Positions 26,891 through 34,256 of a DNA stretch of 64,000 nucleotides are shown here, piece after piece. This stretch comes from an uncultured Clostridia bacterium (lineage in GTDB: Bacteria; Bacillota; Clostridia; Oscillospirales; CAG-272). A program made the position numbers and the translations under genes. How positions within the stretch are numbered: the stretch's first letter is position 1; every line of letters begins with the position of its first letter. The notes beneath the pieces are model-generated. The model saw only the letters and a program-made list of their open reading frames with translations. It searched no databases and had not been told where the DNA came from. The stretch lies in NCBI GenBank assembly GCA_937875545.1, contig CALLYE010000073.1, positions 12,237 through 76,236 on the forward strand, read 5' to 3'.

Positions 26891-28216
26891 ATGCCGGCAG
26901 GAGATTTTTTCTGCTGTGATGTGATAAACAATATGGAAACATTAAAGTTGATAAATTATTTGATATTCGTTATATTATTTTTTTGCTACGCCTATCAGTT
27001 CTTATATGTGCCCGTTCCTATCGTAGCGCGCCTGCGAAAGCTGCTGCCCCATAAAAAGCACGGCAAAGAACGACCTGTCGAGCTGCGCAGATATGCTGTG
27101 ATGAGCTGCGCGCGCAACGAAGAATCTGTCATCGGCGAGCTTATCGACAGTATCGGTATGCAGACCTATCCCGCGGAGCTTATCACGCGGTTTGTGCTTG
27201 CCGATAACTGCACCGATAAAACCGCCGAGGTCGCGCGTGAACACGGCGCCGTCGTATACGAGCGGTTTAACATGGAGAAAGTGGGCAAAGGTTACGCGCT
27301 CGACGAGCTGCTTGCGCACATTCGCGAAGATTACGGCGATATTTTCGACGGTTATATCGTGTTCGACTCTGATAATCTGCTTAAACCCGATTATATTGAG
27401 CAGATGAACAAGACCGCCTGCGACGGATATGACATCGTCACCAGCTACCGCAATTCCAAAAATTACGGCGATAACTGGATTTCCGCCGGGTACGGGCTGT
27501 ATTTCCTGCGCGACTCGCGTTATCTCAACCATTCGCGGACTCTGCTGGGCACAAGCTGTGTGGTTTCCGGCACGGGCTTCTTATTCAGCCGCAGGATCCT
27601 TAATAAAAACGGCGGCTGGCCTTACCACATGCTCAGCGAAGATATAGAATTCACCGCCGATCAGGTTTTGGACGGCGAGGAGATCGGTTTCTGCCCCGAC
27701 GCCGAATTTTTTGACGAACAGCCGATAAAATTTTCCCAATCGTGGCGGCAGCGGATGCGTTGGGCGAAGGGATATCTGCAAATGTTCCGGCAATACGGCG
27801 GCAGGTTGTTCTGCGGTATGCTGCGCGGGAATTTCATCTGCTACGATATGACGATGTCAACCATGCCCGCGCTGCTGCTCTCGGTGGTCGGTGTAGTCGC
27901 CAACGTATTAATCGCGGTGCTTGGCGTGCTGCGGGGCGATAATATTATGATCGCCATCACTTCTATTCTTCAAAACTTCGCCAGCGCCTACCTGACGTTG
28001 TTTGTTATGGGGCTTATCACAACCATTACCGAATGGCGGCACATACGGGCAAGAGTATTCAAAAAAATATTATACATGTTTACTTTCCCCTTCTTTATGT
28101 TCACGTATATCCCGATCTCGTTCTTCGCGATTTTCACAAAAGTAACCTGGAAACCCATCGAGCACCACGTTGTCGGACGCTCGCACAAGCTGCTCCGCTC
28201 ACGCAATGACAGCTAA
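26891..28216 (+). CDS. membrane-embedded processive family-2 glycosyltransferase (PgaC/IcaA/BcsA-like)
   Basis: N-terminal TM helix, GT2 core with DNCTD, VFDSDN and SEDIEF, the QxxRW motif (QRMRWAKG), and 4 C-terminal TM helices. The start is ambiguous: ATG 26891, GTG 26921 or ATG 26933. Confidence 0.8.
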   Translation: MPAGDFFCCDVINNMETLKLINYLIFVILFFCYAYQFLYVPVPIVARLRKLLPHKKHGKERPVELRRYAVMSCARNEESVIGELIDSIGMQTYPAELITRFVLADNCTDKTAEVAREHGAVVYERFNMEKVGKGYALDELLAHIREDYGDIFDGYIVFDSDNLLKPDYIEQMNKTACDGYDIVTSYRNSKNYGDNWISAGYGLYFLRDSRYLNHSRTLLGTSCVVSGTGFLFSRRILNKNGGWPYHMLSEDIEFTADQVLDGEEIGFCPDAEFFDEQPIKFSQSWRQRMRWAKGYLQMFRQYGGRLFCGMLRGNFICYDMTMSTMPALLLSVVGVVANVLIAVLGVLRGDNIMIAITSILQNFASAYLTLFVMGLITTITEWRHIRARVFKKILYMFTFPFFMFTYIPISFFAIFTKVTWKPIEHHVVGRSHKLLRSRNDS

Positions 28217-28290
28217 TGCGGGGGGTACGAGGGTACGGGGGTACGGTCGCTTTTGAAAAAGCTCCGCAAAACTTTTTAATAATAAAAATG
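28217..28290 (+). repeat. stop-proximal G-rich heptad + hairpin element (copy after the GT2 gene)
   Basis: It starts directly after the TAA: TGCGGGGGG TACGAGG GTACGGGG GTACGG, then hairpin TCGCTTTT-G-AAAAGC, then TCCGCAAAACTTTTTAATAATAAAA. Confidence 0.7.
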
Positions 28291-28350
28291 TTTTATACAA
28301 GCTTATTGATTTCAAAAAAATTTTTCCCATAAGGACTACTCGTAAAAATA

Positions 28351-28385
28351 GGGGTCTGGTGGTGCTATGGCGCCCACCAGACCCC
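28351..28385. terminator. bidirectional terminator-like hairpin
   Basis: GGGGTCTGGTGG (28351-28362) pairs with CCACCAGACCCC (28374-28385), an exact 12-bp stem, with T-rich flanks in both orientations. It sits between convergent genes. Confidence 0.6.
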
Positions 28386-28468
28386 TTTAATAAAAAGTTT
28401 TGCGGAGCTTTTCAATTCCCAGCTATGCTGAGAATTGAAAAGCGACCGTACCTTCGTTCTTTTTCACT
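28386..28468 (-). repeat. stop-proximal element, copy after the solute-binding protein gene (with a nested hairpin insertion)
   Basis: After the stop, the minus strand reads GAACGAAGGTACGGTCGCTTTT-CAATTCTCAGCATAGCTGGGAATTG-AAAAGCTCCGCAAAACTTTTTATTAAA. This equals the GT2-side copy with a 25-nt palindromic insertion replacing the single loop G. Confidence 0.65.
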
Positions 28469-29926
28469 TTATCCCGCGTTCTTTTCCAGCGATTTGAGTA
28501 TGGTTTCAAGCGACTTTTCCCATGACTTTTGCGATTTCGCGACGTGTGTAGCCACGCCTACGCCCGTCTTGGTACGCGAACGGAAGAAGTTATTGAACCC
28601 TGTCGCCGTATACTGGAATCCAAAATCGGAAACTATATTCTTTCTGATGAGGTCGATCATTTCCGCCGATTTTTCGTCGCGTGTATATTTGTTTTTAAGC
28701 GCAACGTCAAGATAAACGGGCGTGAGGCTCTTATAACTTTCAGCAGCAAGACCCTCCAGGACCGCGCAGACGGCGATGGCGGCATCGTCATTCACAGTTT
28801 TTGGTATCCCTATAATCGTTGTGCCGTCGTGCAGCGTCGTCAGATAGGTTTCCTGTGTTTCGTCAAGTTTCGGCGCGGGTATTATGGCGAAATCCTCTTT
28901 CATATCGCGCAGATAGGTCGAGCCGTGCGCAAGACGTCCGACGGTGAACATCGCGTGGAGATTGCCGAACATTGTAAACATTGTTTTGCAGTCGTCGGAG
29001 GGTGCGCAAAACGAACCCGGTCCCCAGCACAGCGCTGAAAGCTTTTCAGCGAATTTAACCGCTGTATCAAGTCCCTTATCAGTGATTGTTATAAACGGCA
29101 CGCCTTCTGTGTCAAACTCGGTGAACCTGACGCCCGCCGCTATTGACATGCCGTCGATGTCGTCTTCAGTGGTGAACACATATCCGCAGAAGTCGTCTTT
29201 ATCAACCTTGGAGTTGCCGTTAAGGTCGCTATATGAAGCGGCGGCGTATTCAGCCATCTTATCAAGCGTCCAGCCGCCGTCAAGCACAAGCTGGTACAGA
29301 TCGACTTCCGAGAATCTGTCCTTCCACTGGTCGTGGTTAACGAAAGTGGCGTATATGCCGTTTGTGTAGTTAAGTACAATATCACCGGTCAGCCAATATA
29401 TGTAGTTTTTATATGCCATCGCGTCGATAAACTTTTTACCCCAATAGGGTTGTGACATATCTATGTTCGGCATATTCGCGAGGTTGCGCATGTGTCCGTC
29501 GGACGCCAGCGAAATGGACCAATAACCATAACCCGCGTATAAATCGAAATCGTCGCTGTTAGCGGTGACGCTCTTAACCAATTTATCTTTAACAACGCCC
29601 CAGCCGGTGTCAAAAACAGGTTCTACCGTATAATTTAAGCGCTCCTCGATTTTCAAGTTGCGGTTATACACGGCGGTGTCAACGACGTCAATCGCTTCCT
29701 CCACCGATTTAAACGAGCTTTCGTCGCTGGACAAAAGCCGTATCTTCCTGCCGTCGAGGTTTGTATCAGCCGGCAGATTGTCGAGATATTCTTTTTCAAC
29801 TTCAGGAGCGGTTGATGTATCCGAGCCCGCGGCGTCGCTCTTATTATCCGCGCACGAAATCGCGGCGGAAAAGGTGAACGCAAGAAGGAGCAGCCAGACA
29901 AGGGTACGCATGATTGATTTGCCCAT
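28469..29926 (-). CDS. extracellular solute-binding lipoprotein (ABC sugar-binding protein family), no adjacent permease
   Basis: Signal peptide with lipobox AISC, and a Ser/Asp/Thr-rich linker. The 485-aa size and alternating pattern are typical of family-1 SBPs. GAGAGGAA SD upstream. Confidence 0.7.
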   Translation of the reverse strand: MGKSIMRTLVWLLLLAFTFSAAISCADNKSDAAGSDTSTAPEVEKEYLDNLPADTNLDGRKIRLLSSDESSFKSVEEAIDVVDTAVYNRNLKIEERLNYTVEPVFDTGWGVVKDKLVKSVTANSDDFDLYAGYGYWSISLASDGHMRNLANMPNIDMSQPYWGKKFIDAMAYKNYIYWLTGDIVLNYTNGIYATFVNHDQWKDRFSEVDLYQLVLDGGWTLDKMAEYAAASYSDLNGNSKVDKDDFCGYVFTTEDDIDGMSIAAGVRFTEFDTEGVPFITITDKGLDTAVKFAEKLSALCWGPGSFCAPSDDCKTMFTMFGNLHAMFTVGRLAHGSTYLRDMKEDFAIIPAPKLDETQETYLTTLHDGTTIIGIPKTVNDDAAIAVCAVLEGLAAESYKSLTPVYLDVALKNKYTRDEKSAEMIDLIRKNIVSDFGFQYTATGFNNFFRSRTKTGVGVATHVAKSQKSWEKSLETILKSLEKNAG

Positions 29927-29977
29927 AATAAGTTCCTCTCATCATAGTGTTTTTATAATATTACTTATCTGTTGATT

Positions 29978-30006
29978 ATTATAATATATTTAAATAAAAA
30001 TTGCAA
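29978..30006 (-). promoter_or_regulatory. sigma-A type promoter TTGCAA-17-TATAAT
   Basis: On the minus strand, TTGCAA (30006-30001) and TATAAT (29983-29978) with a 17-nt spacer, about 50 nt upstream of the SBP start. Confidence 0.5.
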
Positions 30007-30063
30007 GATTATTATTAAATTTCTGTTAGATTTTTATTGTAATTACATTCATAATCAATAATG

Positions 30064-30110
30064 AAAGAAAAAAAGCACGCCCGCACTTTTTTTCGCGCAG
30101 GCGTGCTTTT
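30064..30110 (-). terminator. rho-independent terminator of the small ORF
   Basis: AAAAGCACGCC (30071-30081) pairs with GGCGTGCTTTT (30100-30110). On the minus strand the hairpin is followed by TTTTTTTCT and begins 6 nt after the small ORF stop. Confidence 0.8.
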
Positions 30111-30115
30111 CACTA

Positions 30116-30268
30116 TTATTTACCGGGGTTGATTTTGGCTCTGCTGTTGGCGGTGTTGCTCTGCGCCGCGGGAATAGAGGCGGTTTCACTGCGTTTTTCT
30201 TTTGCCTGTTTGTTTTCTGTTACGCTGTTGTCGCGAACCTCGGGTCGTTTCATGCCTTTTTTAGCCAT
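30116..30268 (-). CDS. 50-aa hydrophilic basic protein, below the ORF-track cutoff (possibly a minor spore protein-like product)
   Basis: Hand translation gives MAKKGMKRPEVRDNSVTENKQAKEKRSETASIPAAQSNTANSRAKINPGK. AAGGAG SD 13 nt upstream, its own terminator immediately downstream, and no gene it could be a fragment of. Confidence 0.45.
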   Translation of the reverse strand: MAKKGMKRPEVRDNSVTENKQAKEKRSETASIPAAQSNTANSRAKINPGK

Positions 30269-30366
30269 AAATATGACCACGCTCCTTCGTTGCGCGAAGC
30301 AGTAATAAAGTGATTCGTATTACGCGTTTCGCGCTTTGTTTTTATTATTGATGATTTTTAAGACCT

Positions 30367-30469
30367 ATACTTAAATTCGATTATAAACTTGGTAAAAATC
30401 CGCGCCAAAAGTTTGAATATATGGGTTTTGACGCGGATTTTAATCCTTGTATTTATCGAATTTTAGTAT
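30367..30469. repeat. imperfect 38-nt inverted repeat separated by 27 nt
   Basis: The left arm is ATACTTAAATTCGAT...AAAAATCCGCG (30367-30404) and the right arm is CGCGGATTTT...ATCGAATTTTAGTAT (30432-30469). The outer 15 nt match at 14 positions and the inner 10 nt match exactly. The middle diverges. Confidence 0.6.
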
Positions 30470-30558
30470 TAATCACCTTGGAGATAGTTTTGCCAATTTT
30501 ATCATACATTTATTCATAGTTATAAATTATTTTTTATTTGTGAAAATATTTATATCGC

Positions 30559-30587
30559 TTGCAATATGCTGCGCTTTGATGTAAAAT
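30559..30587 (+). promoter_or_regulatory. sigma-A type promoter TTGCAA-17-TAAAAT
   Basis: Hexamers at 30559-30564 and 30582-30587 with a 17-nt spacer, about 40 nt upstream of the Gfo/Idh/MocA start. Confidence 0.5.
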
Positions 30588-30625
30588 ATGTCTGTTAAAT
30601 ATACTGTCAGAAGGAGAACATTGCA

Positions 30626-31792
30626 ATGGATAAGGTTCGTTTCGGTGTTATCGGCATCGGTAATATGGGTACTGGTCATGTCGGCTGGCTTGGGGGCGGC
30701 GAAATCGAGGGCGCGACGCTCACAGCGGTATGCGACATCAAGCCATCGCGGCTCGATTGGGTGCGCGCCAACGTAAAAGGCGAGGTCGCTTTTTTCGATG
30801 ATTACACTGCGCTGCTTGACAGCGGGCTGTGCGACGCCGTCATTATCGCCACTCCGCATTATTATCATCCTATAATCGGAATCGAGGCATTCAAGCGCGG
30901 GGTTGCGGTCATCTCTGAAAAACCTGTCGGTGTTTATACTAAAAAAGTACGCGAATTTATCGCCGCTGCCGATGCGAGCGGGCTTCCTTTCGGCGTGATG
31001 TACAACCAGCGCACTAATCCGCAATACGCGAAGATGCGCGAACTGGTGCGCTCGGGCGCGCTGGGGCAGCTCAAACGCTGCATATGGATCATCACCGACT
31101 GGTACCGCACACAGGCATATTACGACAGCGGCTCGTGGCGCGCCACCTGGGCGGGTGAGGGCGGCGGCGTACTGCTTAACCAGTCGCCGCACAACCTCGA
31201 TCTGTGGCAGTGGATATTCGGAATGCCCACACGTATCCGCGCGTTCTGTTCGTTCGGCAAATACCACAACATAGAGGTCGAGGACGACGTGACCGCTTAT
31301 GCCGAGTATGAAAACGGCGCGACAGGCGCGTTCATTACCACCACCGGCGAATATCCCGGCACAAACCGGCTGGAGATCACCGGCAGTCTGGGCAAGCTGG
31401 TGTATGAGGGCGGAAAGCTGTCATATTGGAAGCTGCACCGCGACGAACGCGACAACACCTTCAATTCTGATAAAGGTTTCGACTCTATCAAGTACGATTT
31501 CATCGACCTCACACAGCCGGGCGGAGGCGGCGAGCAGCACAAGGGCATCCTGCGCAACTTCACAAACCACATGCTGCATGGCGAGCCGCTGCTTGGCGAC
31601 GGACGCGACGGCATCCACATGGTCGCGCTTGCCAACGCGATGATGCTCTCGACCTGGAAAAACGATTGGGTCACAGTCGAAAATGACGGCGAAGAATTCT
31701 TCCGCTGTCTGCGTGAAAAGATCGCCACTTCAACAGTTAAAAAAGAGGGCGTCGAAGCTGTCGCCGATCTTACAGGAACATACGGCTCGTAA
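30626..31792 (+). CDS. Gfo/Idh/MocA family oxidoreductase
   Basis: Rossmann motif VRFGVIGIGNMGTGH and the EKP motif (ISEKPVG). AAGGAGA SD upstream. Confidence 0.85.
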   Translation: MDKVRFGVIGIGNMGTGHVGWLGGGEIEGATLTAVCDIKPSRLDWVRANVKGEVAFFDDYTALLDSGLCDAVIIATPHYYHPIIGIEAFKRGVAVISEKPVGVYTKKVREFIAAADASGLPFGVMYNQRTNPQYAKMRELVRSGALGQLKRCIWIITDWYRTQAYYDSGSWRATWAGEGGGVLLNQSPHNLDLWQWIFGMPTRIRAFCSFGKYHNIEVEDDVTAYAEYENGATGAFITTTGEYPGTNRLEITGSLGKLVYEGGKLSYWKLHRDERDNTFNSDKGFDSIKYDFIDLTQPGGGGEQHKGILRNFTNHMLHGEPLLGDGRDGIHMVALANAMMLSTWKNDWVTVENDGEEFFRCLREKIATSTVKKEGVEAVADLTGTYGS

Positions 31793-32992
31793 ATGCGGCA
31801 AAAAATCACTGTTACCTACCGCGATTTTTTATTGTTTGCTTCATTAATAATACTGCTCTGCATTCTCTTTGCCGCGGCGGTGAAGTGCGTGTTTATCTTC
31901 CCGCCGTATCTGCAGTCCTATAAATTTGCGACTGCCGATATAACCGGCACGCTCGATTTTTTCGTGATTCCCGCCATCGTAGCGGGAGTGTGCGCGGCGT
32001 TTATAACCTTTGTAAATGAGCGGAGCGCCGAGAGCGCCGCCCCCCACAGGAGATTTTACCGTAAAATCGCTGTTTTGCTTGCCGCCTGCGGTTTAACCAT
32101 ACCCTGCGGAGCGCTTGCCATGCGGCTGGACGATGTGTTTTACGCACGAAATTACGTTCCGCCGGCCGTATTTTTCGCGGCATTCGCGGCGGCGGCGTTA
32201 ACCGCGCGGGGATTAATCGGGTATACCCCAAAAACCAAAAAGCGGAGGATTACAGCGCTCGTTTGTTCTGCGCCGCTTGCCGTTATCGCGGTTGTGAGCG
32301 CGGTCGCCGGGTTTTCCGGGCATAAACTCTTCGCGACGCTGGCGTTTTTATACCTGCCGATACCTTTTTGCGCGGCGGCTGCGCTGGCGGCATCTGTGCT
32401 CCGCTCACCGCGTATTGCGGCGGCGGCGATGTGCTGCCCGCTGTCGGTCTGTATATTCTGCGCGCTGCGTCCGTATGGGTTTGACTTTGCGTTCGGCTTG
32501 TGCGCCGCGCTGTCGGTCTTATTCCCCATTATTACAGTGATTATTTCGATACATGAATATTATAAAAAACAGGAGAATACAAACATGGCTAACAAGATTA
32601 TTTCCGGGCTGGGCTTCCACCATATCGCGTTGAAATCCGCCAACTTTGAGAAATCCTACGCCTTTTACACCGAAGGTATGGGCATGGTTCCTACCGCCGC
32701 TTGGGGCGAGGGCGACAACCGCATCCAGATGCTCGACATCGGCGACGGCACGATCCTCGAGCTGTTCGCGGGCGGTTCGGACGACGCAGACGCGGGCAGA
32801 TACCTGCACCTTGCGTTCAGCTGCAACGATGTTGACGCGGCGTTTAAGCGCGCTGTCGCAGCCGGAGCAAAAATCAAGAGCGAGCCCCGCACCGTACCGC
32901 TCGATTCCAAACCTTCGCCCATGACGCTGCATGTCGCGTTCGTATTCGGCCCGTCGGGCGAGGAACTGGAATTCTTCAAGATCGTGAAGTAA
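31793..32992 (+). CDS. continuous ORF: about 8-TM Ala-rich membrane domain fused in frame to a VOC (glyoxalase/dioxygenase) domain
   Basis: The ATG directly abuts the upstream TAA (TAAATG). Residues 1-260 contain about 8 hydrophobic helices, and residues 265-399 form a VOC domain. No stop codon separates them. Confidence 0.55.
   Translation: MRQKITVTYRDFLLFASLIILLCILFAAAVKCVFIFPPYLQSYKFATADITGTLDFFVIPAIVAGVCAAFITFVNERSAESAAPHRRFYRKIAVLLAACGLTIPCGALAMRLDDVFYARNYVPPAVFFAAFAAAALTARGLIGYTPKTKKRRITALVCSAPLAVIAVVSAVAGFSGHKLFATLAFLYLPIPFCAAAALAASVLRSPRIAAAAMCCPLSVCIFCALRPYGFDFAFGLCAALSVLFPIITVIISIHEYYKKQENTNMANKIISGLGFHHIALKSANFEKSYAFYTEGMGMVPTAAWGEGDNRIQMLDIGDGTILELFAGGSDDADAGRYLHLAFSCNDVDAAFKRAVAAGAKIKSEPRTVPLDSKPSPMTLHVAFVFGPSGEELEFFKIVK
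32585..32992 (+). CDS. VOC family protein (alternative internal start of the same frame)
   Basis: ATG 32585 is preceded by AGGAGA (32571-32576) at 8-nt spacing. The product MANKIISGLGFHHIALKSANFEKSYAFYTEGMGM... would be a complete stand-alone 135-aa VOC protein. Confidence 0.55.
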   Translation: MANKIISGLGFHHIALKSANFEKSYAFYTEGMGMVPTAAWGEGDNRIQMLDIGDGTILELFAGGSDDADAGRYLHLAFSCNDVDAAFKRAVAAGAKIKSEPRTVPLDSKPSPMTLHVAFVFGPSGEELEFFKIVK

Positions 32993-32997
32993 TATTT

Positions 32998-33291
32998 ATG
33001 ATTGTCAATATAGTTTCGATCACGATCAAGCCGGAATTCCGCGAACAATTCGAAGCGGTGACACTGCACAACCACGAAAACACCCGCCGCGAACCGGGTA
33101 ATATCCGTTTTGATGTGCTGGCGGATTCATCTGATCCAAATAAATTCGTGTTATACGAAGTTTTCGCCGACAGCTACGCTGTGGAACATCATAAAACCAC
33201 AGAACATTACAAACGCTGGGCGTCGGAGATGGAGCAGTACATGGCTGCCCCGCGCGGCAAGCAGAGTTTTGAGCCATTAGCGTTTAATTAA
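32998..33291 (+). CDS. ABM-domain putative (quinol) monooxygenase
   Basis: 97 aa with the YgiN/ABM pattern (...EPGNIRFDVL...FVLYEVFADSYAVEHHKTTEHY). Confidence 0.8.
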   Translation: MIVNIVSITIKPEFREQFEAVTLHNHENTRREPGNIRFDVLADSSDPNKFVLYEVFADSYAVEHHKTTEHYKRWASEMEQYMAAPRGKQSFEPLAFN

Positions 33292-33308
33292 TTGCAGGAG
33301 AACAACAA

Positions 33309-34193
33309 ATGCCCGGAAAACTATATGTCGTGGCAACTCCGATCGGTAATCTTGAAGACATAACCGCCCGGGCTAAACGTATATTGGAAGAAGTCGACAT
33401 CATCGCGGCAGAGGATACGCGCAATACGCAAAAGCTGCTCGGTTTGCTCGGTATCGGCAACCGCACGGTGTCAAATCATAAATTCAACGAACGGGATAAA
33501 GCGGATTCGCTTGTCGCTGAACTGTCCGAGGGTAATAATATCGCGGTCGTGTCCGACGCGGGCACGCCCTGCATCTCTGACCCCGGATTCGCGCTTGTCG
33601 CCGCCGCAGCAGCAGCCGGAATCGAGGTTATCGGTATCAGCGGCGCGTCGGCGGTGATCACCGCGCTGTCGGTATCGGGTTTCGGGTTCGACGCGTTCGC
33701 GTTTTACGGGTTCTTTCCCCGCGAAAAGAAGGAAATAAACGAAACTATCGATAAAATAAAACGCGACTGCATACCCGTGTCGGTGTTTTACGAGTCGCCG
33801 CAGCGTATTATTAAAACGCTGCGGGTTATCGCCGACGATTTGCCCGGCTCCGAGCTGTGCTTGTGCAACGACCTTACCAAACTGCACGAACGCATATATC
33901 GCGGTTCACCCGCAAAGGTGCTGGCGGAGCTTGAGGACAACCCCTCCGCCGATAAGGGCGAATACACGCTTGTCATGCGCTTCAGCGAACCGCCGGCGGC
34001 AGAAAGTCCCGCGGATGAGCTGTCGCCCGAAGCGCTGATATTCGACTACGCCGCTAAAAACGGCGGCTCGGCAAAAGACGCGGTTACGGCGCTCGCCAAA
34101 AGCTCGGGCGGCAAGTATTCCAAAAGCGATTTGTATAAGGCGTCGCTGCGGTTAAAAGAAATAGCGCGCGGGTTGTTCCCCTCGGGAAATTGA
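33309..34193 (+). CDS. rsmI: 16S rRNA (cytidine1402-2'-O)-methyltransferase
   Basis: LYVVATPIGNLEDIT, AAEDTR and SDAGTPCISDPG motifs. CAGGAGA SD upstream. Confidence 0.9.
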   Translation: MPGKLYVVATPIGNLEDITARAKRILEEVDIIAAEDTRNTQKLLGLLGIGNRTVSNHKFNERDKADSLVAELSEGNNIAVVSDAGTPCISDPGFALVAAAAAAGIEVIGISGASAVITALSVSGFGFDAFAFYGFFPREKKEINETIDKIKRDCIPVSVFYESPQRIIKTLRVIADDLPGSELCLCNDLTKLHERIYRGSPAKVLAELEDNPSADKGEYTLVMRFSEPPAAESPADELSPEALIFDYAAKNGGSAKDAVTALAKSSGGKYSKSDLYKASLRLKEIARGLFPSGN

Positions 34194-34256
34194 AACAAAG
34201 AAAACCGTCCTATCAACTGTAAGCCGATAGGACAGTTTTTTACTAAAATACCGCTG

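Noticed and set aside
28214-28290. Possibility that the G-rich heptads after stop codons are translated by stop-codon read-through or encode a C-terminal extension.
   Set aside because: In-frame translations past the stop differ completely between copies (for example CGGYEGTGVRS..., NGDTGIRGHEE..., QWTRGRGYGVR...). The repeat phase of 7-8 nt is not a multiple of 3. The conservation is therefore at the nucleotide and structure level, not the protein level.
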